From positions 124,984 through 169,753 of the forward strand of contig WELB01000018.1 of the NCBI GenBank assembly GCA_009602725.1: a DNA stretch of 44,770 bases, in the 5' to 3' direction. This DNA is from Spirogloea muscicola (taxonomy: Eukaryota). The notes under the pieces were generated by a model. That model did not search any database. It was given only the letters and a program-made list of their open reading frames with translations, and had not been told where the DNA came from. The first letter of the stretch is position 1; every line of letters starts with the position of its first letter. A program made the position numbers and the translations under genes. Positions 21,450 to 32,628 of this stretch are shown one piece after another.

Positions 21450-22358
21450 GCCCGCCGCCGGGCCAGCAGGGGAATGGAGTGTGTAGTGAGTGACGGAGGG
21501 CCTGAGTGGCCAAGTAGTGGAAGAATAAGCACATCGAAAGACAGGAGATCACGCTGAGCCAGCAGGGGGGCAATGGCGGCCCCATGGCGGGGGGTTTAGG
21601 GGGGGCGCATTCGCCTGCAGCCAGCTCCCGGGGAGGTCGGAGGAGTGCTAGATCCCCCGGCGCCGTCGAAGGAGGGGGGGGGGCGTGGACGAGGCAGCGG
21701 GCCCACACGGTCGCCGGAGCGCGGGGCGGGGAGGGGGGGGGTTCAGGGCCCCAGCCCCCTTTCCGGTGGCCCGCCACGTGCCGCCGTCCGAGAGCTGCAG
21801 CGTGCAGGAGACCCCCGGCGGACCGATCGGCCTGGTCGAGGCAGCCGTGCCAGCCCGGAAGCTCCCAAGTCAACTCCACGGCAGTTGGCCGTGTTGACTT
21901 GAGGCCACACGTCAGCTCAGGGGCACGGCTGACTCCCGGTCAAAGAGCGCGGGCCCTCGCCTGGCACTGGCACTTGCGGTTGCTGGCCACTTGACATGAG
22001 CACCATGGCTGACTTTGCTCCGATGTCGTACTTGCAAAGATTCCCTCGTAGCCACTGGCTTTGCAAGAGCCACTTTCCGGCATCGGGGGACTCGGCACTC
22101 TGCCCTCCCAAATGGGAGCTTGAGCTCGGCTTCTCAGAAACGGCTTGGAAGCAGGAGGCCTTGGCGGACTTGGAGCAGCATTTGCCTAAAGTGAGCATGC
22201 ATATGTACCCATGTACAAGGCAGATGACCGGATTCCATAACAAAGAGAGATGATCCAAGAATGTACATCCAAGGCTAAGGAGAGAGGAAAGCTGAGCACC
22301 CAGAGCTGGTGGTTGGTTTATATGGGTCTGCCTTGCCTGAGGAAAGTGAACTAACAGC

Positions 22359-25300
22359 CTAAAGCTCACTTCCAGATCGAGTGGAGCTTATGGAGACATT
22401 GGACACTGATTTTGGACTACCAGGATCCTCATGGCCACCATGACGTGTGGAGTAACCACCAGACTGGGTGGTACTATTTGCCGGGTTCTCTAACAACTGC
22501 GTCATGGTTTCGCGTGCCTTCACCTCAAACCACTCATCGTCGGGCAGAATGCTGGAAACAGAATATAGTCCATAAAAGTTGTTAGTGCAGGCTGTTTAAT
22601 GGCACTCTCAAAAATATACCAACATACACACTCTCAGGCGAAGCGTGTAATATTCAGGTTGCAGTAGCAGGTTGCAGATCTGTGGTGCGGAGAGTTCACA
22701 AATCTTGCACATATGTGATAAGATGTAAACAGTCTGCGACAAGTACTGCGAGCCCAAGGTGAGGAGCAAACCTGTTAGGATCAGCATTGTTTTGGCTTGA
22801 GAATGCATTTATTGCACGGGCAATGCTATCAGACGCCACCTGGCGCATTGCACGTGAAGAATATCGCCCATGTGTGGCAATCTGCATAACAAAGTTCATA
22901 TCTAGCACAAACTGCAAGACACAAGATGAATACGCTTTGTCAGGGCGTTGGTTGTAGTAAGGATGCCTTTTCACAGAGGACATCTTACCCAAGACGCGGT
23001 GCCGGCAAGCTTCTCAATCACTGAGGCACATCGAGAACTACTGAGCAAAGACAACCAAGTCTGCTGTGTATACCTGCTGCAGGCCCGTCGGGCCCAACGC
23101 ATAAGGCCCTGACTCGATCGAGTCCCAGAAATCAGCGTCGCTCGTAAGCGCAATCACAAGGGCCTCAGTCAGGCGCATCAGTAGCAGCTGGACAACTCTC
23201 TCCCTTTTCACAAGCACTTCACCAGCTGTTGCTTGCAGGGAGGTCAACGCGGACAGCAACGCCTGTGAAGCATCACACAATGTCAGTCGGTAGCTTGATC
23301 ATTGAAAGCAAACTGCTCTGGGTCAATGCTCCGGCCATGCGAAGTAAAAGATTGGAGCTGCAAATTTTGTCCTCAAGGGTCGACCATTGAGATTTGCACC
23401 TGGAAGGGCGGGGAAGGCATGGGGTCCTGTTGCCATCCCTGTGGGTAAGGATTCCCATGGTCCATCACAAGGTACTCGTCGGCGCTCAGCCGAGCCTCGG
23501 CACCCTCACCGTACATGAGCTCTGCCACCAGTCTGGTGCAGAAGTTGTCTCGGAGACGGTCCACTGCTCGCTGTAGCCTCCGCCGCCAATCTTTGTGCTC
23601 CGGCTGGGCCCTACCAGAAGCTGCCGCAGTCCTCCGTGCTTCAGTATGCCTCCACACGGAGGCCGTCTCTTTGGTTGGCCCTGAGGTCGTGGTGAGCCGC
23701 GTTGCAGCGCGGGGCAGCAACTCGTCGGCCAGTGCCGCTGATAAGCGATCACAAGGAAGACACTATCAGGTCCGGAAGCAGTGCCCGAGAGTCAAGCCTA
23801 GACCTTAAAGGGGGCACAGGCTGTGCACATTACTTTTTATTTGAGTTAAGCTGGCTGCAATGCTCAAGGCCAGAAATCATAAACCCTGCACAGACCTGGC
23901 ACAAGCAGATACTAAGTTGTTAAAGCCCTCAGCACCTGCGTTGCCCAGGAGCGCCAGCTGTTGAGAGTCGGCCTTGGCGGTTTTCACGCTTCCTTCTGTG
24001 TTGTCCCAGGACATGCCCTCCTCTTCTTCGAGCGGAGGTAATGCCTTGATCAGAAGGTTGACATATTTCTCAAAGAGGTTGGCAAGGCCATCCAATGTTG
24101 GGAGCGTCAGGTGCATGCTCACAATGGGAGCAACGTCCTCCAGAAACTCCTGCACGCAAGTAGACCAGGGTGATATCCCTGCTGATGTATGCTGTATATA
24201 CAATATATGTGTGGCATTGACTATATATGTATATATCAATTAGCTAATCAATCTACAATGCTACCATGCTCAAAGAGACATGTCCAGCCATGCTAAAGTC
24301 CGTATGCCAAATTGCTGAAGAAGTAGTTGCACCTGGACCATGTAGTAAAGCTTCTGAGCGCTGCTTGAGAGCTTCAGGGAGACTGCTTGGCCAGCCGTTC
24401 CTCGCCCGGTCCTGCCTTGGCTTGCTGGCCCACTCAGCACCCAGTCGTCCACTGCAGCCGCTGCCGAGACGCTGTCCTCTATCCTCCTTAGATTGGCATC
24501 CAGGGCCTGCTCCACGCTGGGCCTCACCAGCTTTGACAGGACTGCATTCAGAGACAGCCCCTGCTCCTCCAGCAGCGAGCAGTGGCCCAAAGCAATCTGC
24601 AAGAAAGACTCGTATTGCGCTCAGTCCATAGAGCGATGAATCCTAAAACAACTACCGATCTTTCTTGGAAGTTCACCAAACGATGCAAGAGAGGAGGACA
24701 AGCATCTTACAAGCTATTGATTGTCAAATCCAATTTTGTCGCTCTGCTGATACACCTCACCTGGACGCACTCGGCAGCGGCGCGGAGGCCTCCGGCTGCA
24801 GCAGAGGAGGAGAGCACGTGCCTCCGGAGCAGATCTGCACACGCCTCAGTCTGCGCATGCGCCCACAGGACAAGCTCCGACGCGTACGCCGGCTGGTCTC
24901 CAAAGATGGCGACCGAGTCCTGGCTGGCCTGGAGGATTGTGGAGAACACGAGCTGCGAGAGTGCCGCTGTGTAAGCGCCCCCATAGGAAGCCCCACTGGG
25001 CCTCAGGGAGCGCATCTGCACGACAACGTTGACCGGTCTCAGTCCATCGCAGCTATCACACAAAGCTTGGCAACACGAAAATGGCTCGATAAACCCAACT
25101 GCGCACTCACAGGAGCGCAAGTGCAGGACCAGTACTAGAGGTCCTGAGATGTGAGGCAGTCAGACCTGGTGCTGGAGGCGCTCCTTGTGGGTGTTGAGCA
25201 TCAGCGTGTGGGCGCGCGGCCAGTCCCCAAGCCGCTCCAGCGCTGCAATTGCAGCACGGAGCTCGGGGCCCCGGACCGACGGCTGCCGCACGCCCTCGGC

Positions 25301-26341
25301 CAGCTGCTCCGCCAGCCGGGACCGCCTCTCGGCCAGCGCAGCCTTGAAGGGCACGAGCACCGCCTCGTCGAGCTGCTCATTGGGGCCAGCGTCCCTGGCC
25401 ACCGCCCTTGCGACGATGACATCGCCCTCCTCCAGCACCTGGAGGGCCTCATCCACCTTCCGTTCCGCCAGCAGGACGTCGAGGACGTCCGGGAGGGCAT
25501 CCACATGGCGCTCGAGCTCCGAGGGCTCCGGCTCCTCGGCGGACGCCGACGGCAGGAGGGGCGTGGCGAAGGCGTCGGCGCTGCCCTTCACTGCCGGAGG
25601 GGCGTCCGCCAGGGTGTGCACCAGCGCCGCCTGCGTGGCCAGCAGGTTGCGCATGGCCACGAGCTCGCCCTCCAGGGACGATATCTCCCGCGACGTCCTG
25701 CAGGCCACAATGCAGAGGCGCTTGCATGAGCGCACACTGCCTGACAGTCAGCTCCACAGACTCTCAGCGTGACAATGTGATGCCAATCAGCGAGTGTCAC
25801 CACTTACATGATCGTCTCAACCATGGCGAAGCGCGAGATGCTGTGCTGGGGGCTTTCGCAAGTGAGCCATTACTGAAGCCATCGAGGCCCATACCAGTTG
25901 CCAGACTGCGGTGAACGTGCTGCGGGCTAGGCAGGCCGCACCTGATGAACGCCGCGTAGTTGGACAGCACGCTCTTGCGCATCTCCTCGGCGGACACCAT
26001 CCGCAGCTCCTGCAGCTCGGCGCACAGCCGCCGGATGCTCTGCGCAAGCCAGCGAGCCCTTCGAGTGAGGCAGCCAGCGCTGTGCGGCCTCGCCAAGGTC
26101 CATCCGGGAGAAGCGAGCAGGAGAGGCCCGCGCCGCCGCCGCCGCCGCCGCCGGCTCTGCCGCCGCCGGCGGCGTTCACCTTCTCGCTCATGGCCTGGCA
26201 CTTGGAGTGCACGAAGGCGTGCGTGTCGAAGCGCTCGGACTCGAAGACCTGCAGGCCCTCGGCGAGCACGCCGTCGCCACCGCCAGCGGCGGGGCCGCCG
26301 CCAGAGGCGCCGCCGCCGCCGCCGGCGCCGTTGGGCAGCTG
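22359..26341 (-). CDS. EXO84: Exocyst complex component EXO84 (plant EXO84B-like); start codon lies in the gap
   Basis: Approximate exons: 26341-26180 (FDTHAFVHSKCQAMSEK), 26039-25942 (SAEEMRKSVLSNYAAFIR), 25697-25166, 25015-24761 (GGAYTAALSQLVFS...GGLRAAAECVQ), 24596-24333 (IALGHCSLLE), 24149-23936, 23738-23400, 23262-23074, 22911-22773, 22552-22359 (LPDDEWF...RSGSEL*, TAG). These motifs are typical of plant EXO84. Confidence 0.93.
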
Positions 26342-26936
26342 NNNNNNNNNNNNNNNNNNNNNNNNNNNNNNNNNNNNNNNNNNNNNNNNNNNNNNNNNNN
26401 NNNNNNNNNNNNNNNNNNNNNNNNNNNNNNNNNNNNNNNNNNNNNNNNNNNNNNNNNNNNNNNNNNNNNNNNNNNNNNNNNNNNNNNNNNNNNNNNNNNN
26501 NNNNNNNNNNNNNNNNNNNNNNNNNNNNNNNNNNNNNNNNNNNNNNNNNNNNNNNNNNNNNNNNNNNNNNNNNNNNNNNNNNNNNNNNNNNNNNNNNNNN
26601 NNNNNNNNNNNNNNNNNNNNNNNNNNNNNNNNNNNNNNNNNNNNNNNNNNNNNNNNNNNNNNNNNNNNNNNNNNNNNNNNNNNNNNNNNNNNNNNNNNNN
26701 NNNNNNNNNNNNNNNNNNNNNNNNNNNNNNNNNNNNNNNNNNNNNNNNNNNNNNNNNNNNNNNNNNNNNNNNNNNNNNNNNNNNNNNNNNNNNNNNNNNN
26801 NNNNNNNNNNNNNNNNNNNNNNNNNNNNNNNNNNNNNNNNNNNNNNNNNNNNNNNNNNNNNNNNNNNNNNNNNNNNNNNNNNNNNNNNNNNNNNNNNNNN
26901 NNNNNNNNNNNNNNNNNNNNNNNNNNNNNNNNNNNN
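26342..26936. other. Assembly gap (N run) containing the 5' ends of two divergent genes
   Basis: Run of N. Open coding frames run into it from both sides. Confidence 0.95.
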
Positions 26937-29024
26937 AACGTGGCGGTCGCTGGCGCTCATCAACCTGGCGGCCATCATGGAGCGCGCGGACGAGGGCCTG
27001 CTGCCGGCGGTGTACCGCGAGGTGGGCGCGGCCTTCCGCGCGACGCCCAGCCAGCTGGGCGCGCTCACCTTCGCGCGCGCGCTGGTGCAGGCCGGCGCCT
27101 CGCCGCTGGCCGGCGTCCTGGCCGCGCGCCACGACCGCGCCGCCGTCATCGGCCTCGGCACGCTCTTCTGGGCCGCCTCCACCGTGCTCGTCAGCCTCGC
27201 CCAGTCCTACTGGCAGTGCGCCGCCGCGCGCGCCATCAACGGCATCGGCCTGGCCGTCGTCATCCCCGCGCTCCAGTCCTTCATCGCCGACAGGTTCTGC
27301 CGACCTCCAGCGGCGCGCCTCCTGTTGCGGCTGGAGCATCCTCGTCGCTGCTGCTGCTGCGCGGCATCCCCGAGCATCCCAAGGGCCTTGCCGGCCGAGC
27401 TCATGCGGGTCCGCGCCGCGCTGGCAGCCACGCTGAGCAGACTAGAGGGGCCGCATTTGGCTGGCTGAACCTGGTCGGCACCGCTGGCAGCATCGGCGGG
27501 GGGATGATGGCCACCATAATGGCAGGTGACACTACGAGCCTCCAATCAGCTTGCTGCACTTGGCACAGGCACTCACCCTTGCTCACAAGTCACGTCTAGC
27601 TTTGAGGTTGCGGTCCCACTCATGTGGTCCTGCCTCAGGAGCTTGTCCAGCCTGTGTATGTCCAAGTCGGAGCGACTAGGCATATCACTTACTGTGCACA
27701 TTTCTGCTGGCTATGTGAGTATGCAGCAAACAGCTACTGGGGCATTGCTGGTTGGCGAGCTGCCTTCCTCCTCGTCGCAGCTGTCAGTGCCATCATTGGC
27801 TGGCTGGTCTTGGCCTTCGTCATAGATCCTCGGGGGCACCCGAAGCTTCAGTCCCAAGCAGCTGCAGGGTGAGCGGCTCAACTGAAATGTTGCTGCAAAT
27901 GCACCTGTGCTTCTTGCCTTGGGAGTCTTCTTGTGCTTCTTTGGGGAAAGGGGGGGGGGGGGGGGGTATACAATCTTAGTCATTCTGCCTGACCAGCTTG
28001 ATAAAGGGCATGCTCGGCCTGGCGGCTTCAAATTCCGAATTCTATTCTCGTTTCCCCATTCTTGATGCAGGAAAGGCAGTAGCAACCTGCTGCAGGGTGC
28101 AGGCAACAAGTCCTCGCGCACCATGTGGCGGCAGATGTGGCAGGGGATGAGCGTTGTCCTCCGCGTGCCCACATTCCAGCTGATTGTGGCCCAGGGCGTG
28201 GTCGGCTCGCTTCCATGGCAGGCCATGGTGTTCTTCACCATGTGGTTCCAACTTGTCGGTAAAAATTTTGGCATCCTTGTCAGCTTCATGAGCATTCTCC
28301 TTCTGAATGAGTATGACTTCTGATCTTTTGGTATCCAGCCACAAAGGTACAACTGTCTGTCATGCGCACCCAGGTGCAGGTCGTCACTCAGTGGTAGCTG
28401 AATGTTCTCTCATGGCGGATCTCGGCAGGGTTCGGGCATGAGGGAGCGGCAACCTTGATGGGCATCTTCTCTATTGGCAACGCTTTCGGCAATTACTTGG
28501 GCGGTTGGTGCGGCGATCGCGCCGCTCGGCTGTTCCCGGATGCAGGCCGCATCATGTGCGCTCAGTTCAGCGCATTCATGGGCATCCCTTTTTCGTATGT
28601 CCTTCTCATCCGCCTGCCACAATCTGCAGAGTACTACAACCACTACGCCATCACCCTGTTTTTCATGGGCCTCCTCATCAGTTGGTGCCAGGCATGCGCT
28701 AATAACCCCATTTTTGCCGAGATCGTCCCGACCCAGCACCGGACGAGCATATATGCCATCGACCGTGCCTTTGAGGGCTCGGTGGCTGCGCTTGCCGCCC
28801 CGGCAGTGGGCATTCTGGCTGAGAGGGTGTTTGGCTACCGGGCCGACATGGTGGTGCCAGAAGAAGGCTCTCCACAGGAGGCTAGGGCCCTCTCAAGGGG
28901 GCTCTTCAGCTGTATGGCTGTCCCCTTTGGCCTCTGCTGCTTGCTGTTTAGCACTCTGTACTACACATACAGTAGGGACAGAAACAGGGCCTCTGAGGCC
29001 AAGAGCCCGGGGGCAACTCAGTGA
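26937..29024 (+). CDS. Major facilitator superfamily transporter (plant spinster-like); start codon lies in the gap
   Basis: Approximate exons: 26937-27292 (LINLAAIMERADEGLLPAVYREVG), 27429-27525, 27728-27868 (GIAGWRAAF), 28070-28258 (LRVPTFQLIVAQGVVGSLPW), 28429-29024 (NNPIFAEIVP...SIYAIDRAFE, TGA). Many hydrophobic helices. Confidence 0.92.
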
Positions 29025-29272
29025 CACTGCTCATTAGCACCATACATTCTCGCACCTTAGAAGCTAGCCTTCACAATGTCGCCCGCAGGCTACCTGTAAA
29101 CTAAAAGAATCCCATCTGTGCCATGTAAAGCGCACTGCCTTGGCGGCGCCATAAGTCAGAGAATTGAACAGAGGCTGCACCCAAGAGATGAGTAGACAAG
29201 CACTGCACTCCTCATGAATGACTTGCATCGACACAAGCGAGCAAGTGGGACCTGCTGATACCATGTTCAGAC

Positions 29273-30872
29273 TCATGTTAATTGCTGGGAGATGCGAATG
29301 CCAACCACCTGGCCACCACTTCCAGCCCTCATCACCTCACATGTCACTCTCAAACCTGTGGCAGAATGCGCTAGTCAGCTTCAGATTGCTTGCTGAGCTC
29401 AGCTCTAAGCAAACAAAACGCAGCGAAAATCTTTAGTTGTGCTTCTGAGCAAATAAGCTTAACCTTCATTTGGTTGCAGGCGCGTTGAGGCAGCTGCAGC
29501 ATGTTCTGTTGTAAATCCCCTCGGTTGCCAGTCACCATCCTTCGCTGTCCAATTGTGGACATCTAGCATACCTGTCCAGAAAGTGAGGCTGCATTTAGTC
29601 GTGTGTTTCAGTCAAGTTCCAACCTCTCCCTACAGTAACGCAGTGATACAACTCAAGCAGAGTGTCTGTACAAGTCGTGCAGCTTGATGCTAGTAGCAAG
29701 CAAGAGCTCAGGACCAATCAAAAGAGTGGCGCACACTTCTTGTCTCTTCGGTGTTGAGGTACATAGCATCGAAAACTCCACTGGCAGCCTGAACACATTG
29801 AGATGGCACCTTGTGCTCGCTCTCCAGTGTGTGCCTCCACTCCCCTGACTGATACTCATGCTGCAGGAAGAGCTCAGCGTGCCGAACATCCAGTGTCTGC
29901 ATTGTTCCTGCAACACTGCTTCCGAATGTCAAAACCGCTTGTACAACTACCAGCTCTTGAAAGAAGCTAGATTCGAGTCGCTGAATAAGTCTATCTGTCT
30001 ATGCATATATACCTTCGCAGTCATTGACGTTGCAGATAGGACAGCGAATAAGATGAAGATCTGCACAGGAAAGTAAGAGTAGTTTTGTGACAGGACTGTC
30101 AGCTACTGATGTGGATTTGGTGTGGGAACATCCTTCGTACTCCAGGACTGCTGATATTCACAGCCTCTCTGAAGCTGATGCCTTGTTTAAAGCGACTGGC
30201 TGTTTGGACACATTCAGGTACTACTGACCTGCTATCCAGATGCCTGGCTTTGCGTCGTCAAATAACCAGTAGCTCAGTGGCTTGAAGTTGTCCCTCACTG
30301 GCTTTTTTTCGCCATTATTACTTTCTGTGACGAACTTTACCTCGTTCTTCAAACAATCCGTCGCAAGTACCTGACCGGAGACCATAATGAAAGCTCCAAT
30401 GCGCATCCAATCTGCAAAGCAGGGGGCTTTGCTCAGCTGGTCAGGACAATGCAAGCACAAAGCCAGTACTGGTGCCAAAGTTGTGGCGCATACAGTCTCC
30501 AGTATGTTAGGACGCTCACCAATGTGCTTCTCTTTGTGGTGCTGGTTATACGTGTGATTGCCATCTGCACATTTGCAACTGATGTACTCCTCTTAGCGTT
30601 ATTCTAGTCCAGTTCAGGCTACTATTGTTGACATCCTCATCCATGCAGCCAATTCGGTGAGGCATACCCGAGGACGCTACGTAGATCTGCCGCCAGGGTG
30701 CAGAAACCTGCACTGAGCAGCGACGATCGAGGCCAAGGCTGCGGAGGCAGAGCTCTCGCCAGTTGGCGTCGTCCATGGCAATGTCGTGGAGGCGGCGGCT
30801 GACCAGCGCCAGCGAGGCGAGGTCGCGGCCGTCGAGGCGGGCGCAGACGCAGGCCCAGGCGTGGCCATCCAT
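29273..30872 (-). CDS. F-box protein of the RMF (At3g61730) / rice ZYGO1 family; true start may lie further upstream
   Basis: Approximate exons: 30872-30668 (F-box, LDGRDLASLALVSRRLHDIAMDDANWRELC), 30564-30520 (KEKHI), 30411-30229 (DWMRIGAF...PGIWIA), 30060-30013 (DLHLIRCPICNVNDCE), 29908-29740 (GTMQTLDVRHAELFL), 29571-29464, 29355-29273 (VVGIRISQQLT*). The motifs match my recollection of the RMF family. Confidence 0.88.
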
Positions 30873-31113
30873 GCCCGCGCCCGGGGGAAGGGCGTCGGCG
30901 TCAGCGGCTGCGCCGGCGGCGGCGGCGCTGGCGGGGCCGGGGGGGGCTTCGGCCTGCCGCTGTCTGCTGCAGGCGGCTGGCCTGACCAGCCCGGGCTCGT
31001 CAGTGGTGGCCACTTGCAGGAATTTGATTTGCCAGGACGGGAGACCGCCGTGGAAGCGGTCGTGACGGGAGAGCGAGGGACAGCACCTTGTGTAAGAGCG
31101 GAGAGCGCGCGAG

Positions 31114-31116
<3 letters not shown>

Positions 31117-31206
<90 letters not shown>
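31117..31206. repeat. (GA)45 microsatellite
   Basis: Pure GA run upstream of the minus-strand F-box gene. Confidence 0.97.
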
Positions 31207-31208
<2 letters not shown>

Positions 31209-31405
31209 CTGCTGTATGACACGGTCTTCACTTCCTCGTGACCACTCATCATTCCCGAAGGCATGTCCGTCAAGCTCAAAAGCTACACTGGATATGTACT
31301 GCAGATTCTGCATCTTCTTCAGCCCTTCTATGGATTTGGAGCTGTGCCGCCTCCTCAAGAAGTATGTCTATGATGGGGGCGGATGGCTGTGTATGCCCAC
31401 TCCAC

Positions 31406-31574
31406 AGTAGATAGCGCGGCCAGATTGACTGATGGCTGGGAAAGGCCAGCCCAAAGGAATGGACAAGGTCTGAAGGAGCCGGAGTGCGAAGGACGAGGAC
31501 GAAGACATCAGCCAGGGGACGCTCAGTAACCTCTAGTCAGGAGATGCAAGTCTGAGTAGCTAGCCGGCGGAAAA
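31406..31574 (-). mobile_element. Short CRE-like retrocopy, same subfamily as 19433-19677
   Basis: Reverse complement encodes FPPASYSDLHLLTRGY*, then cttgtccattcctttgggctggcctttcccagccatcagtcaatctggccgcgct, matching 19515-19670. Confidence 0.85.
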
Positions 31575-31699
31575 AGAGGAAAGGACGCTGTGAAAAAGCA
31601 GCCCGGAAAAGTGGGGTTGGAGAGTGGAAAACCAGGCCTTGAATGGTTGGCCTTGATTTATGCCCTGCATGCTTGGCCGCTATTCCCGACGGGCGCCCC

Positions 31700-32151
31700 C
31701 GCAGGCAACACCTACCAACAGAGCCGCGGGGCGCGTGCCGTCCCTTCTGGACGTTGTCCATTCCTCTTCTAGCTGATCTTTCACAGCCATACACCCCTTC
31801 AGAAATTGCGTGTTATAGAATGCGGCTCTCGCCAAGCCTGCAGCGCCAGCATAGTTTGCCCCTTCACCAGCGTGCTGGGCGCCAGGCCATTGGCTGCCTT
31901 GACAGTGCTCCAACTCTCGAAAATAATTAGTTGGATTCTATGTGCTCACTTGATGGTACTGTATGCAGTCCCTCCAGCTGTGCTTCTGCCTGTCACCGCA
32001 GCCCCTCACAGCCTAGAGCGTTGCTTTCTATAGTTTCTTCTTGTGCTTGTTTTTCTCAGCGCTTCCCCTGGCTCCCTTCTCGTACTTTGTCCATTCTTTC
32101 TTGGGCTGGCTGTTCCAGCCCCTCTCCTCAATGGGCGAGCTCTTTCTTCTT
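31700..32151 (+). mobile_element. Degenerate CRE-like retrocopy
   Basis: Reads ...ACYRMRLSPSLQRQHSLPLHQRAGR (31808-31885). 32033-32151 aligns with the 3'UTR at 147-280, including the hairpin 32103-32121 and the tail ctttcttctt. The 5' limit is uncertain. Confidence 0.7.
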
Positions 32152-32269
32152 CATGTAGCACCAATCCTTGATCTACTCTCATCTCCATTGGCATCGAGAG
32201 TGTACTGGCTCCGCTTGACCGCCTATAGCCTACATGCGCATCGACGCGCAGTCCATGTCCCCAGAAGAG

Positions 32270-32524
32270 CTTCTCCTTCAGACCTTGTCATTCTTTTCTG
32301 GGCTGGCTTTTCCAGCCCCACTTCTCTATGGGCGAGCACTTCGTTCTATGGGCGAGCTTTGCTGGCCCCCTGTCTGTAGTTCTTTTTCGGCTCCTCTTTC
32401 TTTGGCTTGGGATCTTGTCCATTCTTTTTGGGCTGGCTCTGCCAGCCACTCTTCTCTATGGGCGATCACATTCCATTGTCTCTATGGGCGCGCACTTTCT
32501 TTCTATGGGCGAGCAATTTCTTTC
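32270..32524 (+). repeat. Stacked reiterations of the retroelement 3'-terminal motif
   Basis: Two hairpin units (~32300-32317 and ~32430-32447) and five ctatgggcg motifs (~32326, 32346, 32456, 32481, 32503). Confidence 0.8.
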
Positions 32525-32628
32525 ACTACCCCCCCTCCCCCTTTTGAAACAATCGAAGGCCAGTATGGCCAAGTACAGAGGTAAGCACATCTTATGACAT
32601 AGCAGCTAGCATCTAGCAGCTACTGGAG

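Larger units (their letters stand above)
18632..22481. repeat. Segmental duplication, copy B (likely the source, contiguous with intact EXO84)
   Basis: See copy A. Its right end lies inside the last coding exon of EXO84. Confidence 0.9.

Noticed and set aside
21590..21605. gggtttaggg telomere-like motif
   Set aside because: Single unit in G-rich sequence, expected by chance.
30873..31358. N-terminal extension of the F-box ORF through a poly-(Ser-Leu) tract
   Set aside because: It reads through the GA microsatellite, which is more plausibly UTR, promoter or intron.
32195..32260. RVYWLRLTAYSLHAHRRA resembling the RLE C-terminal motif
   Set aside because: Too short and degenerate to call as a separate copy.
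32085..32524. Hairpin repeats with spacers resembling a CRISPR array or intrinsic terminators
   Set aside because: Eukaryotic context, irregular spacing and no cas genes; the units match retroelement 3' ends.
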